A DNA stretch of 64,000 nucleotides from Fibrobacteria bacterium (GTDB taxonomy: Bacteria; Fibrobacterota; Fibrobacteria; UBA11236; JADFYW01), in contig JBNKOC010000028.1 of NCBI GenBank assembly GCA_050294405.1, positions 384,001 to 448,000 on the forward strand. The letters are read 5' to 3'. Under the pieces are notes generated by a model. It did no database searches. It had not been told where the DNA came from and saw nothing but the letters and a program-made list of their open reading frames with translations. A program made the translations under genes and the position numbers. Below are positions 47,533 to 55,806 of this stretch, in pieces (the stretch's first letter is position 1; every line of letters starts with the position of its first letter).

Positions 47533-48330
47533 TTGACCTTAAACATTGTGATAGTACAGCCGGATATTTTCCGGGGAGACCCCGAAAAAAACCGCAGCGC
47601 CTATTTAAAAATGTTTAAAGGCCAAAAAATAAAATCCGATTCTTTAATTGTATTTCCGGAACTGGCCACCACGGGCTTTATCACTGAAGCCTCCGATTTA
47701 AAAAATCCCGTGCTTTTATCTTCGTATAAAGAAGATTTGAAGTTTTACAGCCAGCTAGCCCAAAAATTCCAAAGCTATGTTATGGGAAGCAGTTTGCTTA
47801 TGCGCAATTCCAAATTTGAAAACTGGTGTTTCTTATACGGCCCCCAGGGAAAAAAACTGGGCGGTTATCAAAAACTCCATTCTTTTCGATTGGGGGGAGA
47901 GGCTAAACAATACCGCAGCGGGGAAAAAGTATTTCGGAAAAAAATCGGAGAGTTTAAAACCCAAATCAGCATATGTTATGATTTGAGGTTTCCCGAATTA
48001 TATGTGGCTGGTTTTAAAAAAGGGGTTCAGCTTTTTGTCGTCAGCGCAAATTGGCCTGAAAAAAGGGCCCATCATTGGGAAACCTTGCTTAGAGCAAGAG
48101 CTATTGAAAACCAAGCCTATGTTGTAGGTGTGAACAGGGTGGGAAAATTGGGGGGCATTTCTTATAAAGGAGGCTCCCAAATAATCTCCCCTACAGGCAG
48201 GGTTTTAGTTCACGCCTCAGACGCTTTGGGAGTGTTTGCCGGAGAAATAAACATCAACCAATGTATACATTGGCGGGAACGCTTTTCCGTAATAAAAGAT
48301 AAAAAGCCTGTGGATTTTTATTTTAAATAA
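47533..48330 (+). CDS. Nitrilase-superfamily carbon-nitrogen hydrolase (omega-amidase-like)
   Basis: Glu-Lys-Cys triad motifs FPEL, YQKLH and ICYDLRFPE, plus LRARAIENQ. The natural start is probably TTG 47533. Confidence 0.88.
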   Translation: MTLNIVIVQPDIFRGDPEKNRSAYLKMFKGQKIKSDSLIVFPELATTGFITEASDLKNPVLLSSYKEDLKFYSQLAQKFQSYVMGSSLLMRNSKFENWCFLYGPQGKKLGGYQKLHSFRLGGEAKQYRSGEKVFRKKIGEFKTQISICYDLRFPELYVAGFKKGVQLFVVSANWPEKRAHHWETLLRARAIENQAYVVGVNRVGKLGGISYKGGSQIISPTGRVLVHASDALGVFAGEININQCIHWRERFSVIKDKKPVDFYFK

Positions 48331-48450
48331 AAATTCGTTTTAAAAAGCAACATACATATTCGGTAAAACATTTATTGCTTTTGCCGTGTTTAAAAATTTA
48401 TACTAAGAAAAACTTATGGGGCTTGGTTTAAAAAACCACTTTGGAAATAC

Positions 48451-50250
48451 TTGTACAATAACTTTAAAAAAATAAACGGGGACCATCCCTGGAGAGCTAT
48501 TGGCCCCGATGGTTATGTGGACTACCAGGCTTTCCATAAAGAAAATGGAAAAATTATTTTCTTTAATTACAACCTGGCCAAAGAAATGGGGCTTATTGCC
48601 AGGAACCATCCCAAAAAAATGAATTCAAAATTGGAAAAATCCATATTGGATTGTTTTTCCCTTCAAATACTAAACGAACATGATATTTGGTCCGGTGTCG
48701 ATAAGACTAAACTCAAATTAAAACCCAGGCCCTACATGGCCACTCGTTACTTGCAGTTGCAGCACAAAAGCCGCCAGGGTAAAACATCGGGGGATGGACG
48801 GAGTATCTGGAACGGTTATATAAAAAATGCCAAAGGATTTTACTTTGATGTATCCAGTCGGGGAACGGGAGCCACTATTTTAAGTCCGGGAGCCCAGGAT
48901 ACCAACGACTTTGTAAAAACGGGGGATGAAAGCTTGGGCTACTCTTCCGGAACTGCCGACTTGGATGAAATGTTAAGTGGGGCGCTTTTGTCCGAAATAT
49001 TTTTTCGCCGCAAAATACCCACAGAACGCACCCTGGCAGTAATCAATTACCCCGATGATTCGGCAATTGGGGTTCGTTGCGCTCCCAATTTAATCAGGCC
49101 CGCCCATATTTTCAGGCTTTTAAAAATGGAAAGGCACAGCGAATTAAAACTGGCTGTGGATTATTTTTTAAACCGGCAAATTCAAAACGGTTTTTTAAAA
49201 AGGTACGGCGATTTAAAAGAGCAATACCAACATGGGCTCACATACATCGCCCAAACCTACGGGAAATTATCGGCCTTACTGGAAGAGGAATATATTTTCA
49301 GCTGGCTGGCCTGGGATGGCGATAACCTTTTGGCCTCTGGAGAAATTTTGGATTACGGCTCCATCCGCCAGTTTGCCGCCAAGCACAGCCAATACCGCTA
49401 CGAAGATGTGGATCGCTTTTCTACCTGTCTTAACGAGCAAAAAAACCAGGCCAAACTTCTGGTGCAGGTTTTCGCCCAGGCCATGGACTACGCCCTGAGC
49501 AAAGAGAAAAAAAACCTGGATGAGTTTTCTCAAAGCGATAGCCTTGAAGTGTTTGAAGTTTATTATTTGCGCAACAAAGACGAGTTGTTGTTGAAAAAAA
49601 TGGGGTTTGATTCCAAGCAAAGGAAAATCCTTATGGAAAAGCACCGCAGTGAAATATGGAATTTTAGAGAGGTCTGGCTTTTTTTTGAAGATTTAAAAAC
49701 CGTTAAGGGAGAGGAAAAGCTTTTGGATGGAGTTACGGTGCCTCCCGTATTTATTATGCGAAATTTGTTGCGGGAGCTTCCTAAATTTTTCCTGCAGCAA
49801 AATGGCCCTAAATACCAATACCTTGACTCTAAAACCTTTCAAAATTTAATGGCTGCTTCTTATGCCCATCCCAAGGATTTGGAGCTGAATCCAAGTCGGG
49901 TAAAGCGCATTGAAAATTTTCAGCAAATGTACCTGGACCTAGCCCGTTGCTGTGGGGACTCTTTGCGAAAGACCTTAAAAACTCTGGCAGCCCGCTCGGA
50001 AGTTATCAACATGGAACATCGGGTTACCGGAGATGGTTTGGTTTGGATTACTCAGGCGGCTTTAAGCCACCGTCAAGCCATGAAATTTGATGACTTACAG
50101 GAAATTATGGATGCCTTTATTGAGTCTCAAACCCTTTTGCCTAAAAAGTACACTCCCCTGGAATCTCAAATAAAACCTAAATCGTCCACCAAAGCAAAGC
50201 TGCTCCAAAAAATCAAGGAAACCCTGGAGCTCTACAAAGAGACTATTTAA
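48451..50250 (+). CDS. Divergent SelO/YdiU-like pseudokinase (putative AMPylase)
   Basis: Colinear SelO-like motifs GDGRSI, DVSSRGTGAT, SEIF...IPTERTL, VRCAPNLIRPAH and DGDNLLASGEILDYGS. Confidence 0.65.
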   Translation: MYNNFKKINGDHPWRAIGPDGYVDYQAFHKENGKIIFFNYNLAKEMGLIARNHPKKMNSKLEKSILDCFSLQILNEHDIWSGVDKTKLKLKPRPYMATRYLQLQHKSRQGKTSGDGRSIWNGYIKNAKGFYFDVSSRGTGATILSPGAQDTNDFVKTGDESLGYSSGTADLDEMLSGALLSEIFFRRKIPTERTLAVINYPDDSAIGVRCAPNLIRPAHIFRLLKMERHSELKLAVDYFLNRQIQNGFLKRYGDLKEQYQHGLTYIAQTYGKLSALLEEEYIFSWLAWDGDNLLASGEILDYGSIRQFAAKHSQYRYEDVDRFSTCLNEQKNQAKLLVQVFAQAMDYALSKEKKNLDEFSQSDSLEVFEVYYLRNKDELLLKKMGFDSKQRKILMEKHRSEIWNFREVWLFFEDLKTVKGEEKLLDGVTVPPVFIMRNLLRELPKFFLQQNGPKYQYLDSKTFQNLMAASYAHPKDLELNPSRVKRIENFQQMYLDLARCCGDSLRKTLKTLAARSEVINMEHRVTGDGLVWITQAALSHRQAMKFDDLQEIMDAFIESQTLLPKKYTPLESQIKPKSSTKAKLLQKIKETLELYKETI

Positions 50251-50328
50251 AAAAAATTCCATTTCAAGCTGTTTTGAATAGTCAAACGCTTTTCCTGGTG
50301 GTAAAATAGAGTTTTCACGAAAGAATTT

Positions 50329-50808
50329 ATGTCGCCAACGGGAATCAAAGTCGAGCATATCAACCCATTTATTAAGGCTTGTCTGGATACCTTTTCCATG
50401 ATGGCCGATCTAAATCTGACCCCAGGCCGGCCCACCCTAAAAAAACATAATCTGGATAAATACGATATTTCCGGTATTATCGGTTTGAGTGGCGAGGCGG
50501 TAGGATCCATTGCCCTTTGTTTTTCCAAAAAGGTAGTACTACAGGTGGTGAGCCGTTTTGTGGGCAGCAATTTTAATGACATGAATCGTGATGTTGCTGA
50601 CGCCGTGGGTGAGTTAGCTAACATTATCGCCGGCTACGCTAAAAAAGGCCTTATCGATTTAAAGGTGGAAATCTCCTTGCCTTCGGTTATCATGGGTGGC
50701 GGACATCGGGTTTTCGAACCCAAAGACGCCATGAGTTTTATTATTCCCTTCGATAGCTTTTTGGGAAGCTTTGATATGGATGTTACGCTAAAGCGAAACC
50801 CTGCCTGA
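50329..50808 (+). CDS. cheX: Chemotaxis phosphatase CheX
   Basis: INPFI, DISGIIGLSG, DAVGELANIIAG and ISLPSVI motifs. Confidence 0.9.
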   Translation: MSPTGIKVEHINPFIKACLDTFSMMADLNLTPGRPTLKKHNLDKYDISGIIGLSGEAVGSIALCFSKKVVLQVVSRFVGSNFNDMNRDVADAVGELANIIAGYAKKGLIDLKVEISLPSVIMGGGHRVFEPKDAMSFIIPFDSFLGSFDMDVTLKRNPA

Positions 50809-50838
50809 AGTCGCGATCATCAATTTTTAAGGTTACCC
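50795..50838 (+). repeat. Collapsed MITE-family remnant overlapping the cheX stop
   Basis: CGATCATCAATTTTTA (50814-50829) is the exact reverse complement of 47304-47319; ACCCTGCCT matches 47450-47458. Confidence 0.65.
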
Positions 50839-50848
50839 AAAGTTGGCT

Positions 50849-51838
50849 TTAAAGCAGTCCTGGATTCTGTGCATTAATAACTACAGGAGCTACGGCACTG
50901 TCTTTTGGGGCTTCTCCGGTTTCCAAATAAGTTTTTAATATGTTATAGGCTGCCTTTCCTAATCCGGCGTAGTCTTTATCTACCACCGCATGTAAGGTGC
51001 GGGACTCGATTTGGAGCTTTAAACTTTCCTGGTAGCCGATACTGACTACGGGTGTGCTAATGGCTCTATCTATATCTTTTAAAGCCCGGATAACACCCAA
51101 AGCGCCGTCGGCATCGGTGCAAAGAACTCCCTGGACCTGAGGGTTCAGTAAAAAACTTTTTTCCGCTTCGGCAAAGGCGGCGGGCTCCTCGGGGCTGGTG
51201 AAAGATTGTTCAGCCACTACTTCTAAAGTCGGAAAATCAGATTTTAACACTTCCTTAAGGACAGGTAAAATATCAGGGCTATCTTGGGAACCCTCGGCAT
51301 AATAAAATAACATAAGCTTGGTTTTGTCGCCCATGGCCCCTTGCAAAGATGTTAGTGCCTGTTTGGCCAACTCCTCGCCGTCGGTGTGTACTGTGGATAT
51401 CTGGATGTTGTCCTGCAAGGGTTTTTCAATGGCCACTGTGGGAACGGATTTTTTTAAAAGTTCTTGTACGGGATCGAAAAGTCCCACTTCATCGGCAGGC
51501 CAAAGTATCACGCCGCTAAGGCTGTCGTTTACCATGCTGGAAACTTCTTCTCGTTGGGAACGAAGGTAATTGGGGCCTTGGGCGTTTTGGGATTGCACTA
51601 ACATATCGGATCCTTCTGCCAAACTTTTAATCTGGGCCTCAATGGCGGACCAACCGGTATTGTTATCAAAACCGCTAAGGGCGATTTTAAGGGGGGAGCT
51701 GTCCAGAACTTGGTTTTGAGCGGCTTTTTCTTCTTTTTCAACCTGGCAGGAGGTTAGAAACACCAGGCTCAGAAGAAGGAAGCTGGCAACGCGTATTGAA
51801 TATGGTGAATACAAACGAATATTTTTTATTCTTTTCAT
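50849..51838 (-). CDS. Orphan RbsB-like (type 1) periplasmic sugar-binding lipoprotein
   Basis: Lipobox LTSC; GVILWPAD, VPTVAIE, QGVLCTD..GALG and DYAGLGKAA motifs. No permease or ATPase is adjacent. Confidence 0.75.
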   Translation of the reverse strand: MKRIKNIRLYSPYSIRVASFLLLSLVFLTSCQVEKEEKAAQNQVLDSSPLKIALSGFDNNTGWSAIEAQIKSLAEGSDMLVQSQNAQGPNYLRSQREEVSSMVNDSLSGVILWPADEVGLFDPVQELLKKSVPTVAIEKPLQDNIQISTVHTDGEELAKQALTSLQGAMGDKTKLMLFYYAEGSQDSPDILPVLKEVLKSDFPTLEVVAEQSFTSPEEPAAFAEAEKSFLLNPQVQGVLCTDADGALGVIRALKDIDRAISTPVVSIGYQESLKLQIESRTLHAVVDKDYAGLGKAAYNILKTYLETGEAPKDSAVAPVVINAQNPGLL

Positions 51839-51842
51839 AATT

Positions 51843-52631
51843 TTATTTTGGTTCTGCTTTTAAATAGGCGTGTAACTGTGCTGGTAAAGATTTCAACTGC
51901 GCAATAATTTCCTGGCGCAAAATATTTCCGAAGGGTTTATCCAAATCTGTGGAATTGGATTCAATATTGGTTTTAAGGGCCCATAAGGGGCGGGATTCTA
52001 AAACCTCCCATAACATCAAATAAAATTGAAATTGATAATTTCCCGTATGGCTGTTAGAACTAATGGGACTTACTTTCATTTCCAGTTTTTGCCCCAATAA
52101 AATAAATTGGGCGTTTAGGGTGCCGGCCAATTTGGAGAGCTTATCTTTTGTTTTAGCTGAAGTGAGTTTGTCTTTTTCCCGATGTATAAGAGGGTATCCG
52201 TAGTCAGAAAAATATCGCTCCCAGGGAATGTTGAGCTGGTTTAATTTTTCTAAGAGCTTTATTTTGCCGCCTTTTATTAAATCGTGATGGGGAGGCACCC
52301 ATTCGCAGCGCTCGGGGCTTTCCATTTCCCGGCACAATTCCACCAAGCTGTTTTCCAAAACAAACTCCACCCCGTTTTTAGAAATCCAATGGCAGGAATC
52401 GCAGGGTTTGGATTCTTCTAATTTGGTGAGGGAAAGGGGCAGTACCGCAACTTTGGGGTTATTTAAAGAAGAGTCTTTAGAAGAGGCTTTGGAAAGGGGC
52501 CAAAATTCCCGGGAAGGTCCAAAAGTGGCGCTTTGAAAAGAGCTTTGGCTGAAATTTTGGGAAAAAAGAGCAGGGGCTAAAGCCAGCAGGAAGATAAAAA
52601 CCAGTTGGATTTTAGAGCTGCCCTTAATCAT
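51843..52631 (-). CDS. Exported hypothetical protein with one CxxCH motif
   Basis: Signal peptide ending ALFS-Q; KVAVLPL; PCDSCHW. Confidence 0.7.
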   Translation of the reverse strand: MIKGSSKIQLVFIFLLALAPALFSQNFSQSSFQSATFGPSREFWPLSKASSKDSSLNNPKVAVLPLSLTKLEESKPCDSCHWISKNGVEFVLENSLVELCREMESPERCEWVPPHHDLIKGGKIKLLEKLNQLNIPWERYFSDYGYPLIHREKDKLTSAKTKDKLSKLAGTLNAQFILLGQKLEMKVSPISSNSHTGNYQFQFYLMLWEVLESRPLWALKTNIESNSTDLDKPFGNILRQEIIAQLKSLPAQLHAYLKAEPK

Positions 52632-52754
52632 GAAAGCATTTTTTGAAATTCATTTTTTAAAATTATAAATATGTACCTGAATCTGGGGTTCTTACTCCAT
52701 TTAAAAAATTCAGGTCTATTTTTCCAATTGAAATAAATTTTTGGCGGTGTTTGT

Positions 52755-53849
52755 ATGGGATTTAAATGTGGCATCGTGGGTCTGCCCAACGTAGGGAAAT
52801 CCACTATTTTTAACGCGCTCACCAGCGCTGGCGCAGAAGCGGCCAACTTTCCCTTTTGCACTAAAGACCCCAATGTAGGGATGGTGAACGTTCCCGATAA
52901 AAGGCTCCAGCAATTGTCCGAAATATACAAGCCCAAAAAAATAACGCCTGCGGTGATGCAGTTTGTGGATATTGCAGGGCTGGTTAAAGGCGCCTCCAAA
53001 GGGGAAGGGTTGGGCAATCAGTTTTTATCGCACATTCGTGAAGTGGACGCCATTATGCATGTGGTTCGATGTTTTGAAGACGTGGATGTTACTCATGTGG
53101 AAGAGACCCTGGACCCTGTTCGGGATGCCCAGCTAATTATGATGGAGCTTATTATTAAAGATATGGGAACCGTTAGTTCCCGTTTGGATAAAGACAAGAA
53201 ACTGAAAAACTCGGGGAATAAAGAAGCTGCTGCCAGAGTGGCTGTGGAAGAAGCCATTTTTAACTGCTTAAATGATGAAAAGCCCGCTTCTTCTTTGAGT
53301 CTAAATGAAGAAGAGTTTGAAATCGCCGAAGAACTGCAACTGCTTACCTTAAAACCCATGTTTTATTGCGCCAATATTAGAGAGGATGAAATCCACGGCG
53401 AGTCCGAGCACTTTAAAAAATTAAAAGACTATGTCACAGAAAATGGCAATCAGATTCTGGCCATTAGCGGCAAAATTGAATCGGAAATTTCCGAACTGGA
53501 AGAAGAGGAAAAAAAGGCTTTTCTGGAAGATTTGGGCTTAGAAGAATCGGGGCTTTCTCAGGTGATTCGCAAAGGTTACGAGCTTTTGGGTTTGCAGACT
53601 TATTTTACCGCAGGCGAAAAAGAAGTTCGCGCCTGGACTATTCCCAAAGGGGCTAAGGCGCCCCAAGCTGCCGGGGTTATTCACACAGATTTTGAAAAAG
53701 GATTTATCCGAGCGGAAACTCTGGGCTATGCGGATTTCCAGGAAATTTTATCCTGGAATAAAGCCAAAGAAAAGGGCCTGGTGCGCACCGAGGGCAAAGA
53801 GTATGTGGTACATGATGGGGATATCATGCACTTTTTGTTTAACGTATAG
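52755..53849 (+). CDS. ychF: Redox-regulated ribosome-binding ATPase YchF
   Basis: [45 protein letters not shown] and [10 protein letters not shown] motifs. Confidence 0.97.
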   Translation: MGFKCGIVGLPNVGKSTIFNALTSAGAEAANFPFCTKDPNVGMVNVPDKRLQQLSEIYKPKKITPAVMQFVDIAGLVKGASKGEGLGNQFLSHIREVDAIMHVVRCFEDVDVTHVEETLDPVRDAQLIMMELIIKDMGTVSSRLDKDKKLKNSGNKEAAARVAVEEAIFNCLNDEKPASSLSLNEEEFEIAEELQLLTLKPMFYCANIREDEIHGESEHFKKLKDYVTENGNQILAISGKIESEISELEEEEKKAFLEDLGLEESGLSQVIRKGYELLGLQTYFTAGEKEVRAWTIPKGAKAPQAAGVIHTDFEKGFIRAETLGYADFQEILSWNKAKEKGLVRTEGKEYVVHDGDIMHFLFNV

Positions 53850-53959
53850 TGGAGCAGGGTGAAAGAGTAGTGATGTATATGGTTGCGAAGGACATTTTTT
53901 CCTTCTCAATAAAAAGCAAGCCTGTTTTTATAATTACCCGAAATTGAATTTGCTAGTTG

Positions 53960-54040
53960 GAGAGGACGAGCCCAAGCACTCGCTTGGGCTCGTTTAATGA
54001 CTAGGCCGCAATACTCGCGCAACGGTCACTAATCGAAGCA
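53960..54040 (-). ncRNA. Candidate two-hairpin small RNA or structured leader
   Basis: Stem AGUGAC/GUCAUU encloses CGUUGC-GCGA-GUAUUGCG. It is followed by the perfect 12-bp stem ACGAGCCCAAGC-GAGU-GCUUGGGCUCGU. GCGAGU sits at both apices, and a promoter is directly upstream. Confidence 0.5.
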
Positions 54041-54046
54041 CTTATT

Positions 54047-54074
54047 AATTTAGGCAGCCAGAAGGGTTTGTCAA
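54047..54074 (-). promoter_or_regulatory. Sigma70-type promoter with no downstream long ORF
   Basis: TTGACA (54074-54069), a 16-nt spacer, then TAAATT (54052-54047). Confidence 0.6.
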
Positions 54075-54147
54075 GCAGTTATTTTTTAAACTAAAAATTC
54101 CAAAATTTCCTATTTTTTATGCCTTTTTAGTAGAAAATAACCTTTTT

Positions 54148-55518
54148 TTAAGGGTTTAAAGCCAAGCAGTAAAAGCCTCCATAGCCCCCGCCTTCACCCA
54201 CGGTTTTGATATTCATATTGCCTGGGCCATCCTGAATCAAGGCCACTCCAGGGGCACAGCCGTAGGCATTTCCTGCGGAGATCCAGTTGCTGTTTGCGTC
54301 TCCACCACCGCCTGGAAAGCCACCACCACCTCCAAAATTTCTGGGCCAGGACAGTCCAACTCGGGGTGTTCCAGTTTCTTCTTCGGCGTTAGTCCAGTCG
54401 TTGCAGGTATTTCCCATATCTTCACTGTAAAGTTCTCCGTTTCCATCGGAACCGGTTAAAGTATGGTGATTGTCCACAGCTCCTGTTAAATCGGGATCCT
54501 GGTTGGGAATTCCATTTTCGTTGGGCAAGTCATTCATAATAGCTTCGTCCGCATCGGGTCGGGTTTGAAGAAGGCCGGTTTTATTTTCGGAAACAATTCT
54601 TCCTAGCCTGTCGTACCAAGGGCCCTCTCCAATTCGGTCGGCCGCATTTACGGTTTCGCCATTTCCATCATCTGTGGCGCTCAAAAAGGCTCGCCAGCCT
54701 TTAGCTGAAGAACCGGGCATACTCATTTCGGCAATGGCTGCACAGATTTTGTCAGCACCGCGAAGTCCGGCTCCAGGACCGGTTTCTCCAAAACGAAAAT
54801 CACCCCCGAAGCCCTCTTCGCTACCGGACAACTCCTGCAAGGCTTTAAGACTGGTGACAAAAAAACTGAATGGGTCCAATTCGCCTTCGGCAGTGAGGAC
54901 CACTTCGAGGTTGCTGGAAGAGGACTCGGTCATGTGCATATAAAAGTCCAGATAGCCGTCTTTTTTGGCGGAGAGAACATCGCTTATAACGGCTTGCTTA
55001 TGTAAGGGCCCTTGTATGGAAGCTGTTTGCTTGGATTCAATTGCCAGGATGCTGCCGGATTGAACACTGGCTTTAAAAGTGGTTTCTTGAGAAGAGGTGC
55101 TGATATTAAATACCACTAGGCCGTTAAGACCGGTGGGCATCCCCAGCTTATGTTGCCCCTGTTGTAAATGCCGGTTGAGGCCCGGGATATATTTTCCATT
55201 TGGGGAATAGGCAGTGATTTTTGCCCCGTAAAGATCCTCTATGTTTAGGTTCAGCTGGCCGTTGACAATACCCTGAACAAGAGAGTTTGCCAGAAGTTCT
55301 TTACCCGGATTAATGGATAGGGCCTCTCCCAAAGTGAAGCTTCCATCTGCGCCAGATGTCGCAGACAGGCTTGCGTGTTCTAAAATGATTTCAGCTCCGG
55401 AAATTGCGGTTCCTGAAGCGTCCATAACTTTTCCGCTTATTTGAATATCATTTTGAGCGAACAGACTCCAGCTGAGCGCCATACTTGTGAAACATATTTT
55501 AGTTGCTAAATTTTTCAT
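54148..55518 (-). CDS. Secreted protein: split carboxypeptidase-regulatory-like domain + C-terminal endostatin-like (DUF1554/NC10-type) domain
   Basis: Signal peptide; ISGKVMDASGTAISGA...A.KDGY; GLRGADKIC...WRAFLS...NAADRIGEGPWYD...CNDWT...GFYCLA. Confidence 0.75.
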   Translation of the reverse strand: MKNLATKICFTSMALSWSLFAQNDIQISGKVMDASGTAISGAEIILEHASLSATSGADGSFTLGEALSINPGKELLANSLVQGIVNGQLNLNIEDLYGAKITAYSPNGKYIPGLNRHLQQGQHKLGMPTGLNGLVVFNISTSSQETTFKASVQSGSILAIESKQTASIQGPLHKQAVISDVLSAKKDGYLDFYMHMTESSSSNLEVVLTAEGELDPFSFFVTSLKALQELSGSEEGFGGDFRFGETGPGAGLRGADKICAAIAEMSMPGSSAKGWRAFLSATDDGNGETVNAADRIGEGPWYDRLGRIVSENKTGLLQTRPDADEAIMNDLPNENGIPNQDPDLTGAVDNHHTLTGSDGNGELYSEDMGNTCNDWTNAEEETGTPRVGLSWPRNFGGGGGFPGGGGDANSNWISAGNAYGCAPGVALIQDGPGNMNIKTVGEGGGYGGFYCLALNP

Positions 55519-55806
55519 TTTCCCCTTCTATGGTTAATTCCGTTTTGATTAACTTGTTTCAAAAGTATTTCAGAGGAGGAAAACCCACTTGGGATTTTGC
55601 CCTTAAAGTGTTCACCAAAAAGAAAACAGTTGATGGATTATAAAGTTGCGCAGGATTTTGAAATTCTGTGGAGGCCCTATATTTTCCTCAAATTTCCCAA
55701 ATATGGGCATTTTGTTGGGGGTTTTTATGGCCAATTCTGACTAAAACACAATACCATTAGGAAAAAGGAAAAATCAGGGATTATTCAGGTCCTGAATTTT
55801 CAAAAA

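Noticed and set aside
52628..53017. 129-aa antisense ORF over the ychF 5' end
   Set aside because: It is a typical antisense shadow of a highly conserved gene.
53960..54040. Known riboswitch (c-di-GMP-I, ZTP, cobalamin) assignment for the orphan RNA
   Set aside because: The conserved cores of these classes are not recognisable and no regulated gene follows.
55519..55806. Imperfect CCCA..TGGG palindromes in the divergent intergenic region
   Set aside because: They are short with inconsistent spacing and cannot be distinguished from chance.
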